A stretch of 21,674 bases of DNA from Phycisphaerae bacterium (GTDB lineage: Bacteria > Planctomycetota > Phycisphaerae > UBA1845 > Fen-1342), in assembly GCA_050115495.1 (NCBI GenBank), contig JASFQK010000058.1, positions 1-21,674 of the forward strand. The letters run 5' to 3'. Of this stretch, positions 14,100 to 21,674 are shown in pieces (position 1 is the first letter of the stretch; each line of letters opens with the position of its first letter). The position numbers and the translations under genes were made by a program. The notes under the pieces were generated by a model. That model was not told the origin of the DNA. It saw only the letters and a program-made list of their open reading frames with translations, and did not search any database.

Positions 14100-15788
14100 C
14101 TACGTTGCCGGCGGGTTCCCGCCGTAGGCGAGACTGCCCAGGTACATCAGCAGGCTGATTCCCATAAGGCCCAGGACGCCGCCGGCTACGGCGAAGACGA
14201 CATAGAGCATGCCGGAGAGGCGGGTGTTCCGAGTGACCAGCACGTAGACGACGTAGGGGCAGCCCGCGGATACGAAACCGATCGGATAGGCAATCAACCG
14301 GTAGAAGTTGGTGAACAGCTCGGCGAAGCCGCGCGGCGCGCGGAATATGATGCTGAACATCCACTCGATCGGGTATAGCGGCAGACAGAGAGCCTGAATG
14401 ATCTTGTCCAGCACCTGGTGTCCGCCGCCGGAGTAGGCTGCGATCCGCCCCCAGCGGAACGACGCGCCGACAAACGCACCGGCGAAGACCCATAGGATGA
14501 AGACGACCACCTTGCCGAAGAAGCCCGGCGCGCTGCCGGCGGAGTTCAGGCCGAAAAGCACACCGACCACGCCGCCGCCGATGGCCCAGCGAACGCCCTC
14601 GCCCAGCAGCGCTTCCATGTCGGAGGGCATTGAGGCAGGCCGGTTGGTAAGGCGTCGCCACCAGGCCGACTTCTGGCGCGGGAACTTCTCGCGATGCTCG
14701 GCGGCTCGGGCAGGATCGAAGGAGAAGGACTGCAGGGCGGCGAAGGCTTCGCGCTTGAGGGCGCTGAACGTAATGGGGTTGCCGATCGCGATCGCCTGGA
14801 AGAGCGTCTTGCCCTGGACGAAGACATGCGAGAGCATCCGCATGGGCTCGTCGCTCTCCGGGTCGAGGCCTTCGTACTCGATGGCCATGGCCGGCAGGCC
14901 GGCCACGGTGACGCGGGTGGTGTTGATGCGGTGATACTGCTTCACCTCCTGCCGGTAGGCTTCGTCGATGCCCTCGCACAGATCCTCGAAGCTCAGGTTC
15001 CATTCGCTGGTGACGATCTTGAGCACGCCGAGGTTTCCGTGCTCGACGGCGACGTCGGCGCCGAACTCCTTTTCGGAAGCCTGGTTCATGCGGATCCAGC
15101 CGCCGGTCGGCAGGGCGAGGGAGTAGTCGAGGCTGTCGCTGGCCACGATCGCTCCCGGCTCGCTCACGCTGGGCGTGGCGGGTGCTTCGGTTGTGGAGGT
15201 AGTGCCGGTCGGCCCGGCCGATGATGTGGTCTTGGTCTTTGTCGTGCCCGCGTTCCCGGTAGTCTGCGTGGTGTCGCGCGAGGCGTCGTCGGCCGGCACG
15301 TCGAACTCGGCGTCGCAGCAGAGGCAGACGACGCGCTGAGCGCGAAGCAATGGGGGGCCGTCATACGACTCGCCGCAGGCCGGGCAGGCGAGCTTGATCA
15401 CTTCGGCGTCGGCCCGCTGCGCGAGGCTTCGCAGTCGTTCGGCGGTCTGGTCGGCCAGGGCCTGCTCGCCCGCAACCCGTTTGAGAAAGTCGAGGATCCG
15501 AACGAAGACCGGGCTCTGGTCGTTGGCGCGACGGCGCTCGGCATCCAGCGCGCGGCGGAGCCGCAACTCGGCCCGCAGCTTGTCCCCGGCCTTGAGATAG
15601 ACGATGCCGAGGTTGGCCTGGGCCTGGATGGTGGCGGGATGTTCCTCGCCGAGCGCGCTGGCCGTCACGGCTGCGTGCTTCTCGGCAAAGAGGAGCGCCG
15701 CCGCGTAGCGCTGCGCCTTGACCAGCTTTGCCACGCGCGCACTCAGCGTGTTGGGGTCCATCGTCATCGATTCACCCGTTGACTCCAT
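14100..15788 (-). CDS. Multidomain membrane protein: N-terminal TPR, zinc ribbon, Thr-rich linker, PsbP/DcrB-like domain, C-terminal TM helices
   Basis: LGEEHPATIQAQANLGIVY is a kinesin-light-chain-type TPR. CPACG..CLCC. TVAGLPA..EY resembles the PsbP/DcrB fold (tentative). Four or five hydrophobic C-terminal segments. SD AAGGAG. Confidence 0.8.
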   Translation of the reverse strand: MESTGESMTMDPNTLSARVAKLVKAQRYAAALLFAEKHAAVTASALGEEHPATIQAQANLGIVYLKAGDKLRAELRLRRALDAERRRANDQSPVFVRILDFLKRVAGEQALADQTAERLRSLAQRADAEVIKLACPACGESYDGPPLLRAQRVVCLCCDAEFDVPADDASRDTTQTTGNAGTTKTKTTSSAGPTGTTSTTEAPATPSVSEPGAIVASDSLDYSLALPTGGWIRMNQASEKEFGADVAVEHGNLGVLKIVTSEWNLSFEDLCEGIDEAYRQEVKQYHRINTTRVTVAGLPAMAIEYEGLDPESDEPMRMLSHVFVQGKTLFQAIAIGNPITFSALKREAFAALQSFSFDPARAAEHREKFPRQKSAWWRRLTNRPASMPSDMEALLGEGVRWAIGGGVVGVLFGLNSAGSAPGFFGKVVVFILWVFAGAFVGASFRWGRIAAYSGGGHQVLDKIIQALCLPLYPIEWMFSIIFRAPRGFAELFTNFYRLIAYPIGFVSAGCPYVVYVLVTRNTRLSGMLYVVFAVAGGVLGLMGISLLMYLGSLAYGGNPPAT

Positions 15789-15864
15789 GCTCTGTCTCTC
15801 CTTCCGTTGCCTTTGCCGCAGGCCACGCCGTGCATCGTGAGCTTCGTCCTACCGGCGAGCCTCC

Positions 15865-17055
15865 TCAGTCGTCGTTATGGCCACCGTCGTCATAGCCCCC
15901 GTCGTCGTATCCACCTGTGTCGTATCCGCCGGCATCGTAGGAGTCGTCCGGTTCGCAGCCGTCGTAGCTTCCCTCGTCGGCGCCGCCTGCTTCCTCGTCG
16001 TGGCCGCTTTCGTAGCCACCATCGAAGCCATAGCCCCCATCGTCGCCCGCGGGCCCCTCGACATCGCCACCGTGGAACTCCTCCTCCTCCGCGGAGTCCT
16101 CTTCGAGCGGCTGATCCCATTCACAGCCGACCTCGTCGGTCTCCGCGTCCCCGTCGTCCTTGGGTCCGAAGCCCTCATCGTCATACTCGGCGTCGTCCTC
16201 GACCTCGCCCGCCTCATCGTCCTCGTCACCGTCGTCGTCGAAGCCCACCTCGAGGCTCTCATCGTTCTCCTCGAGTTCCTCGTCCTCCAACTCATCGGCG
16301 TCAGGATCGAGGAAGCCGGTCAGCTCCTCCTCATCCGCCTCGTCGTCGAGGTCCTCGCCGTCTTCTCCGTGTTCCTCGTCGCCGTCCTCGTCCGGGACAT
16401 CCTCGTCTTCGTCGTCCGTGGCGGTCTCTTCATCATCGGCGTCGTCCTCATCCTCCAGCGACTGCTCATCGCTCGCAGCCTCTTCGGACACTTCGACGCC
16501 GAGGTCGGCAGCCAGATCCTCAAGGCTGCTCACACCGGCGGCTTCCAGGACGGTCGGCAGTATTGCGGGATCCTGATGCAGGTTGGCCAACAGCGCGGTG
16601 GCCTCTTCGTGGCTGTACCCTTGTTGTTCCAGGCCTTCGAGCAACGCGTCGGCCATCCGGCGACCGTCTTCGCAGCGAACGATGCGCTGGCCGTAGTATT
16701 CGTCCGTCAGCAGTTCGGTGAGACCCTCCTCCAGGTTGCCGATCGGCAACTGCTCGCTGAGCTCGTTCCACTCCTGAATATCACCGTGGTAGTGGACCAG
16801 CTCGTGGAACAACGTGTCCGCCTCGTGATGCCGCCCCATAGTGATTTCGTCGGCGTCGTCGTATTCCGAGTGGTACCAGCGGTAGAAGCCGTTGAGGCCG
16901 TCCAGGTCCGAGTCACTCCAATTGACGGTTGGCGAGTTCGAGTCGTCAGAGGGAACGTCAAGGAACTGGCGCACTTCGTCATCCACCTGACGCACCCGGT
17001 CATCGAGGTGCTCCAGGATCCGCCGCTCGCGATCCTCGAGGGATTCCTCGCTCAT
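15865..17055 (-). CDS. Highly acidic protein with HEXXH zinc-metallopeptidase-like motif and D/E-rich tail
   Basis: Start at ATG 17055 (MSEESLED..), ATGA overlap with the upstream gene. TLFHELVHYH followed by LEEGLTE. About 200 aa of D/E low-complexity sequence ending in GGYD repeats. Confidence 0.8.
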   Translation of the reverse strand: MSEESLEDRERRILEHLDDRVRQVDDEVRQFLDVPSDDSNSPTVNWSDSDLDGLNGFYRWYHSEYDDADEITMGRHHEADTLFHELVHYHGDIQEWNELSEQLPIGNLEEGLTELLTDEYYGQRIVRCEDGRRMADALLEGLEQQGYSHEEATALLANLHQDPAILPTVLEAAGVSSLEDLAADLGVEVSEEAASDEQSLEDEDDADDEETATDDEDEDVPDEDGDEEHGEDGEDLDDEADEEELTGFLDPDADELEDEELEENDESLEVGFDDDGDEDDEAGEVEDDAEYDDEGFGPKDDGDAETDEVGCEWDQPLEEDSAEEEEFHGGDVEGPAGDDGGYGFDGGYESGHDEEAGGADEGSYDGCEPDDSYDAGGYDTGGYDDGGYDDGGHNDD

Positions 17056-18002
17056 GCTGTCTCGCCTCCACGCTGCGGCTTTGGCCGCAACCTCAGCAGC
17101 TCCGCGAGCCGCGCCGCGAGCTCGCTTCTCCGTTGGGCAACGACGCGGTCGCCGGGACGGATCATCTGGAACAACTGCGCGGCGCGATTGGCCTGTGCCA
17201 GTTGGCCTGGCGTGGCCTGAGCGTCGGTCCAGGCGACCAGCAAGCGGCGGGCCTCGCCAAGGGTCCCGGGCGACCTGCCCGTCAGTCGACCCAGTACCAG
17301 CCGCAACGACCGCTGCGGTGTGGCGCTGCGCAGCGCACTGCACACCAGCGCCAACCCCTCTTCGCCGGCGGCGGCGCTTTGGTAGCGCAAGCCGAGCAAC
17401 TGCCGGCGTGCCTCGCGCAGGTCTCCCACGCGCAGAAGCCCCTCGACCACGATCAGCCGGAGGTTCAGGCGCTCCAGGTCGCAGCCCTGTTCCCGGCAGA
17501 CGCGGTTCAGCCCGCTGAACACTGCCGGATCCGGCGGCTCCAGGTTGCCGTCCACGCGCACGGCCATGAGCGCGATGTTGCAGCTCAACCATGCTTGCAT
17601 CCGGCCCTGCGCGCGCAGCAGCCGGAGCCCCTCGGCCAGGGCGTCGATCGCAAACGGCGTGTTGCCGAGATACCCTGCCGCCAGCCCCGACAGATACAGG
17701 GCATCGGCCAGGTCGTGGTCGCGGCAAGCGCCGGCGGCGCGGTATTCGCGAACGGCCCGCCGCAGACGTTTCGATGCGGTGCGGTAACGCCGATCGCGAA
17801 GGTCCTCAGCGGCGCGGTCCATGAGCTCGTCGGCCTCGTAGCAGCCGGCGGTCGAAGGGCCGAACGCGGCCTCAGCATCCACGCCCGCGGTAGCCGAATG
17901 CTCCCTGCCCCGGCCGAACAGCAGCGCACGCCGGGCGTAAGCGTCGGCGCGGGGCTCGTAGCGCCAGCACAGCGGAACCGCAGGTGTAGCGCGATTCCTC
18001 AT
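17052..18002 (-). CDS. Hypothetical basic helical protein with TPR-like repeats
   Basis: The ORF fills the gap between coupled genes. LADALYLSGLAAGYLG..AIDALAEGLRL is TPR-like. Start uncertain (ATG 18002 or GTG 18023). Confidence 0.65.
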   Translation of the reverse strand: MRNRATPAVPLCWRYEPRADAYARRALLFGRGREHSATAGVDAEAAFGPSTAGCYEADELMDRAAEDLRDRRYRTASKRLRRAVREYRAAGACRDHDLADALYLSGLAAGYLGNTPFAIDALAEGLRLLRAQGRMQAWLSCNIALMAVRVDGNLEPPDPAVFSGLNRVCREQGCDLERLNLRLIVVEGLLRVGDLREARRQLLGLRYQSAAAGEEGLALVCSALRSATPQRSLRLVLGRLTGRSPGTLGEARRLLVAWTDAQATPGQLAQANRAAQLFQMIRPGDRVVAQRRSELAARLAELLRLRPKPQRGGETA

Positions 18003-18026
18003 AACGGGTCCATCGCAACACACTCC

Positions 18027-19436
18027 TCAGGCCAGGCCGAGTGCTCGCTTGAACTGCGGCAGGCGTGGGTCACGCGCCCCCGCCGCCTCAGCGCGGGCCA
18101 GATAGTGCCGGGCCTGCGGGATTCGTCGCCAGCAGTGGTGAATCGCCGCCAGATTCCATAGTGCGTCAGTGTGGTTCGGGGCGAGATTGATCGTGTGCAG
18201 GAAGTAGGCCGCCGCCCGGCGATAGAACTTGCGGCCGCGCTGCATGAGCAGATCGCCGGCGAGGTAGGCGGCTTCCGCGTGATTCGGGTCCCTTCGCGAA
18301 ATGCGGGCGAAGATGCGCTGTGCTTCGACCGGACGCTGCTGGCCGACGTACGTCAGACCGAGGTGATACGCGAGCTCCAGATTGTCGGGCCAGCGGACCA
18401 GGCTGCGACGGAGCAAACGGGCGGCATCGTGGGGACGGCCGGCCTTGCACAGCAGGCGACTGTGGCTGAGGTACAGCCACGGCTCGTGTAGCCCCAGACG
18501 GCGGGCGCGCCCGTACGCAGCGTCCGCTTTGTCGTAGTGGTTCAGATCGTGCAGCGTCATACCCGCCACGGCGTGGAGCAGCGGCCAGCGACGATGGATC
18601 TTCAGCAGTCGCGTCAGGCGTCGCAGGAGAGCAGCGCGGTCGCCTACCTTCTCGCTGGCGTCGCGCAGAGCCAACAGCACACGTTCATCGGGCGGCCCGA
18701 TGTGCAGCGCGCGTTCGAACACGTCCAGGGCCTGCTCCCGTCGACCGGCGAGGAGCTGCACGTCGCCCATCAGCCGCCAAGCCACAGCCTCGCGCGGAAT
18801 CGACCGGATCGCCCGGCGGAGCAGCGGCTCGGCTTCCCGGGAGCGGTTCAGGTTCATGAGGGCGGCGGCGGCATTGACCGCGGCACCGAAATGGCCGGGA
18901 CTGGCCTGAAGTGCCATCTGATTACACAGTAGCGCTTCCGCGTAGCACTTTCGATGATTCAGCAGGATGCAGCCCAGTTCGAAATACGCCTCCGTACTCG
19001 CAGGGTCGAGCTGACATGCTCGGCGGAGCTCCGCCTCGGCCGCCTCGAGTTGCCCCAGGACGACGCAGGTCACGCCCAGTTCGTACGCCGCGTCAGCCGA
19101 TGTCGGCGCGAGTCGGACCGCGCTGCTGAAGGCTTCGTACGCCTCGTCCCAGGCTTCCGCGGCACGAAGACACTTGCCTAACGCCAGCAGCAGTCGTGCG
19201 TTGCCCTGCACACGCTCGCCCACGCGCTCGAGCCACGGTCGGGCCCGAGTGAACTCGCCGAGCTCGACGTAGGCCAGGCCGATGGCGGCGGCTGCGAGTG
19301 GGTCCGTTACGCCCAGCGCCTGGCTGCGCTTGGCTTCCACTACCGCGCCGACCCACTGCTGACTGTGGAGATACACCAGGGCGAGTTCCAGGTGACAACT
19401 CCCGTCGGCAGGACATTGGCCAAGCGCTCGGGCCAA
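18027..19436 (-). CDS. Tetratricopeptide repeat protein (tandem TPRs over its whole length)
   Basis: Repeated patterns such as AVRLAPTSADAAYELG, LDPASTEAYFELG and LAPNHTDALWNLA. The TTG start is uncertain; an in-frame TAG lies at 19446-19448. Confidence 0.85.
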   Translation of the reverse strand: MARALGQCPADGSCHLELALVYLHSQQWVGAVVEAKRSQALGVTDPLAAAAIGLAYVELGEFTRARPWLERVGERVQGNARLLLALGKCLRAAEAWDEAYEAFSSAVRLAPTSADAAYELGVTCVVLGQLEAAEAELRRACQLDPASTEAYFELGCILLNHRKCYAEALLCNQMALQASPGHFGAAVNAAAALMNLNRSREAEPLLRRAIRSIPREAVAWRLMGDVQLLAGRREQALDVFERALHIGPPDERVLLALRDASEKVGDRAALLRRLTRLLKIHRRWPLLHAVAGMTLHDLNHYDKADAAYGRARRLGLHEPWLYLSHSRLLCKAGRPHDAARLLRRSLVRWPDNLELAYHLGLTYVGQQRPVEAQRIFARISRRDPNHAEAAYLAGDLLMQRGRKFYRRAAAYFLHTINLAPNHTDALWNLAAIHHCWRRIPQARHYLARAEAAGARDPRLPQFKRALGLA

Positions 19437-19624
19437 CAGCCGGACCTAGCGCCCGAAGCGGGCAAATGAGGTCCTTGACCGTCATATCGCCCACGGTAGG
19501 ATGATCTCGTCATACACAGGGGCGTAGCGATGGCATGGTTGTCTTGGTTGTCGATCATCGGTCCGATGTGCGAGCGTCTCTTCAAGGGCACGAAGGACGT
19601 TGTTGAGGTCAATCAGCATCTTGC

Positions 19625-20453
19625 GTGTCCGTTGAGCGAACAGCACCGCGGCTGTCGGCGGCGTAGCGGGCGGTCAGGGTTGCGCGGGGGATGACGGTAC
19701 GGGCGGGGTGGCCGACGTTTTCTTCCAGCGGTCGGGCAGCCACTCGTCAACACGGCTGATGGGGGTGTTGGGCAGGTTCGCCAGGAGCTGCGTGAGGTAG
19801 GCCTGCGGGTTGATGTCGTGGCGGCGACACGTGCTGGTCAGGCTGCTGAGGATGGCGGCCGTCTCGCCGCCGCGGGGTGAGCCGGCGAACAGGGCGTTCT
19901 TGCGCAGCAGCGCGATACGCTTCATCTGCTGCTCGGCCAGGTTGTTGTGGAGCGGCACCGCCGGATCGCTGGTGAACAGCGTCAGTTCACGCCACTGATT
20001 CAGCGTGTAGCCGATCGCCTCGGCCAAGGGATGCTTGGGCAGCAGCTTAGCCTTTTGCTCGATCAACAAGGTGTGCAGCTTGTCGAGCAGCGGTACGGCC
20101 TCGGCCTGCCGCCGGCGCAGACGTTCGTCGGCCCGGCGCCGCCGTTCGGCCGCGAGGGACTCGGCGTCTGTCAGCCCGTCGGCGAACGCCGCGTCGCCAT
20201 ACGGTTCCAGGTCCGGTAGCCGCTTCTCCAGAGCGAACAGACGATTGATCAGCTTCAGGATGGCCCGCGCGACCTGGGGCGCCGCCTTCTCGTGATCCAC
20301 GAACTTGCGGCGCGCATGGGCCCAGCAGCCCGCCCGCGGCAGTTCCTGCTGAAGCACGATCCCGTCATACCCGCCGTACGCATCCGCCAGCAACGTGCCG
20401 CGGAAGCCCTTCAAAAACGCCGCCGGCCCGTCGCGTTTGCGGCTCTCCGTGAA
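19625..20453 (-). mobile_element. IS66-family element remnant (3' part of tnpC plus probable right end)
   Basis: Contains the TnpC fragment. GTGTCCGTTGAGCGAAC at 19625-19641 loosely resembles IS66 terminal repeats (GTAAxCGT..GCGAAC). No tnpA, tnpB or left end is present. Confidence 0.7.
19674..20453 (-). pseudogene. tnpC: 5'-truncated IS66 transposase TnpC
   Basis: FTESRKRDGPAAFLKGFRGTLLADAYGGY, GCWAHARRKF, AIGYTLNQW, HNNLAEQQMK, RKNALFAGS, INPQAYL, WLP. The N-terminal half is missing. Confidence 0.9.
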
Positions 20454-20542
20454 CGTGCCTCGGGCTGAAACCGCGCCCCACTACCTGCCGCTCTTGTAGG
20501 GGAGGCTGCTCAGATCACTCGGTTCGTCCGGAGCGTGGCGAC

Positions 20543-21487
20543 ATGGCCTTTCGACTTGGTGGTTCTGACATGGAGATTCTCGCCGCAATCGCAGAGCACC
20601 GAGTCTTGAACGTCCATCACCTTGGAGTGCTGCTCGAACGCAACACGGCTGCCTTGCGGCGGCGATTGAAGCTGCTCAGAGAGCAGAACCTGATTCGCGT
20701 TTCCACGCGCGCGTTCGGGAGCGGACGCGGACGACCTGAGCACATGCTCTCGCTGCACGAGGACGGCGTGGATCTATTGAGAGCGAAGGGCCTCATCGAC
20801 GTGTCGCTTCCATACGATGTAATCACCGCCAAGAACCTACACTGCGTCGAGCACGAACTCGTGATCAGCGACTTCCGAGTTCAGCTGGTGCAGATGGGGC
20901 GGATTTTGCCGGTGCTGTCGGTTCGGTTCTTTTCGTCCACATCGCCGGGGCGACCGGGAAAACGGGAGTATCGGCCGCTCATCCGCGAGAGGATCCCAAC
21001 CGTCGGCGGCCGGCACGACGACGTTGAATTCGAACCGGACGGCGTCTTCGCGATCACCTATGCAGAGCGGGAGAAGACGCTCCTCTTTTTCCTCGAGGTT
21101 GATATGGGAACGGAGCCGCACAGGAGTTCTCAGAATCCGCGACGGTCTGTCCGTCAGAAGATCATCAACTACCAGGCGTACTTCCAGCTCGAACGCTACC
21201 GCCGGTACGAGAAGATCCTGCAGTGCGCGCTGCAGGGTTTCAGGCTGCTGTTTCTGACGGCGACCACGACTGGTCTGGTGGCGCTTTCCCGGCTCGTGCG
21301 TAGCACGCCACCTTGCGATTTCATCTGGTTGACTGCCCGCGACAAACTGCTGTCCCAAGGTGTGTGGGCGCCGATTTGGGTGCGAGGGGGCCAACCGGAG
21401 TCCGTACGACTGCCAGCCTGGAGAGCTGGACGTCGTCGGGGCAAGGCGGACATGCCTCACCGCGCCCCGGGCGCCGCGCGTCATTGA
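20543..21487 (+). CDS. Replication-relaxation (Replic_Relax) family protein
   Basis: N-terminal wHTH-like segment (ALRRRLKLLREQNLI), HELVISDF, PDG..LFFLEVDMGTE, KIINYQAY, FRLLFLT. SD GGAG. Confidence 0.82.
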   Translation: MAFRLGGSDMEILAAIAEHRVLNVHHLGVLLERNTAALRRRLKLLREQNLIRVSTRAFGSGRGRPEHMLSLHEDGVDLLRAKGLIDVSLPYDVITAKNLHCVEHELVISDFRVQLVQMGRILPVLSVRFFSSTSPGRPGKREYRPLIRERIPTVGGRHDDVEFEPDGVFAITYAEREKTLLFFLEVDMGTEPHRSSQNPRRSVRQKIINYQAYFQLERYRRYEKILQCALQGFRLLFLTATTTGLVALSRLVRSTPPCDFIWLTARDKLLSQGVWAPIWVRGGQPESVRLPAWRAGRRRGKADMPHRAPGAARH

Positions 21488-21548
21488 TGACGTTGCCGGG
21501 AGGCGCGGGTAAGATGACCTTTGCTATCGGTTTCCCGGTGGGCGGCAC

Positions 21549-21674
21549 TAGTGTAGTGCCTCATTAGTTCGATGACTTATCGAACGCTGCGTGCGTGCGC
21601 GTGATTTTCGGCAAGATATCCTGGAGGTCGGCAGTCCAGACGAATGGCTTGGGGTCGTCATTGTGCGTGTCGAT
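21549..21674 (-). mobile_element. Right end of an IS630-family element
   Basis: The transposase stop is followed by TGAGGCACTACAC-TAG on the minus strand. The TA at 21549-21550 lies in a CTAG context typical of IS630 targets. Confidence 0.75.
21564..21674 (-). CDS. IS630-family transposase C-terminus (partial, runs off the window)
   Basis: Manual translation: IDTHNDDPKPFVWTADLQDILPKITRTHAAFDKSSN-stop. HNxxPKPFxWT is the characteristic IS630 C-terminal motif. Confidence 0.85.
   Translation of the reverse strand: MDTHNDDPKPFVWTADLQDILPKITRTHAAFDKSSN

Noticed and set aside
15807..17220. Arg-rich, Ser-rich and hydrophobic plus-strand ORFs
   Set aside because: Alternative-frame readings of the GAC/GAG-rich acidic gene on the opposite strand.
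17056..17727. N-terminal 224 aa of the 620-aa ORF 15865-17727
   Set aside because: An Arg/Gly/Pro-rich off-frame overlap with the 17052-18002 gene. The real start is ATG 17055 at the ATGA junction.
19340..19612. Short ORFs upstream of the TPR gene as a frameshifted N-terminus
   Set aside because: No clear TPR similarity or convincing SD; cannot be supported without homolog alignment.
1..21674. tRNA, rRNA or known riboswitches
   Set aside because: No recognisable cloverleaf or conserved RNA family motif in the intergenic regions.

Overview
High-GC bacterial DNA. The protein families suggest Planctomycetota, class Phycisphaerae (inference from GDLNCDG dockerin-like tails, FGE-sulfatase/PEP-CTERM proteins and CxxCGYxL zinc ribbons). 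Left half (491-11609, minus strand): one apparent operon of six secreted proteins, in transcription order FGE-S8-FGE-FGE-S8-FGE. It comprises four PEP-CTERM-anchored FGE-sulfatase (CLec-fold) paralogs lacking the catalytic motif and two large subtilases with dockerin-like C-termini. The FGE paralogs are recombinant mosaics with hypervariable loops, each is preceded by a conserved palindrome at fixed spacing, and all five internal gene junctions carry long hairpins. A decayed PEP-CTERM relic heads the operon. A sigma70 promoter drives it back-to-back with a probably leaderless gene for an uncharacterised 402-aa putative regulator. That gene is followed by a relic and two intact zinc-ribbon membrane protein genes. 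Right half: a four-gene minus-strand operon (TPR, TPR-like, HEXXH protein with a very acidic tail, TPR/Zn-ribbon/membrane protein), a 5'-truncated IS66 transposase, a replication-relaxation family gene and the end of an IS630 element. The left edge has a GH38 alpha-mannosidase fragment next to a probable IS3-family end. All family calls come from motif recognition by eye; no searches were run.
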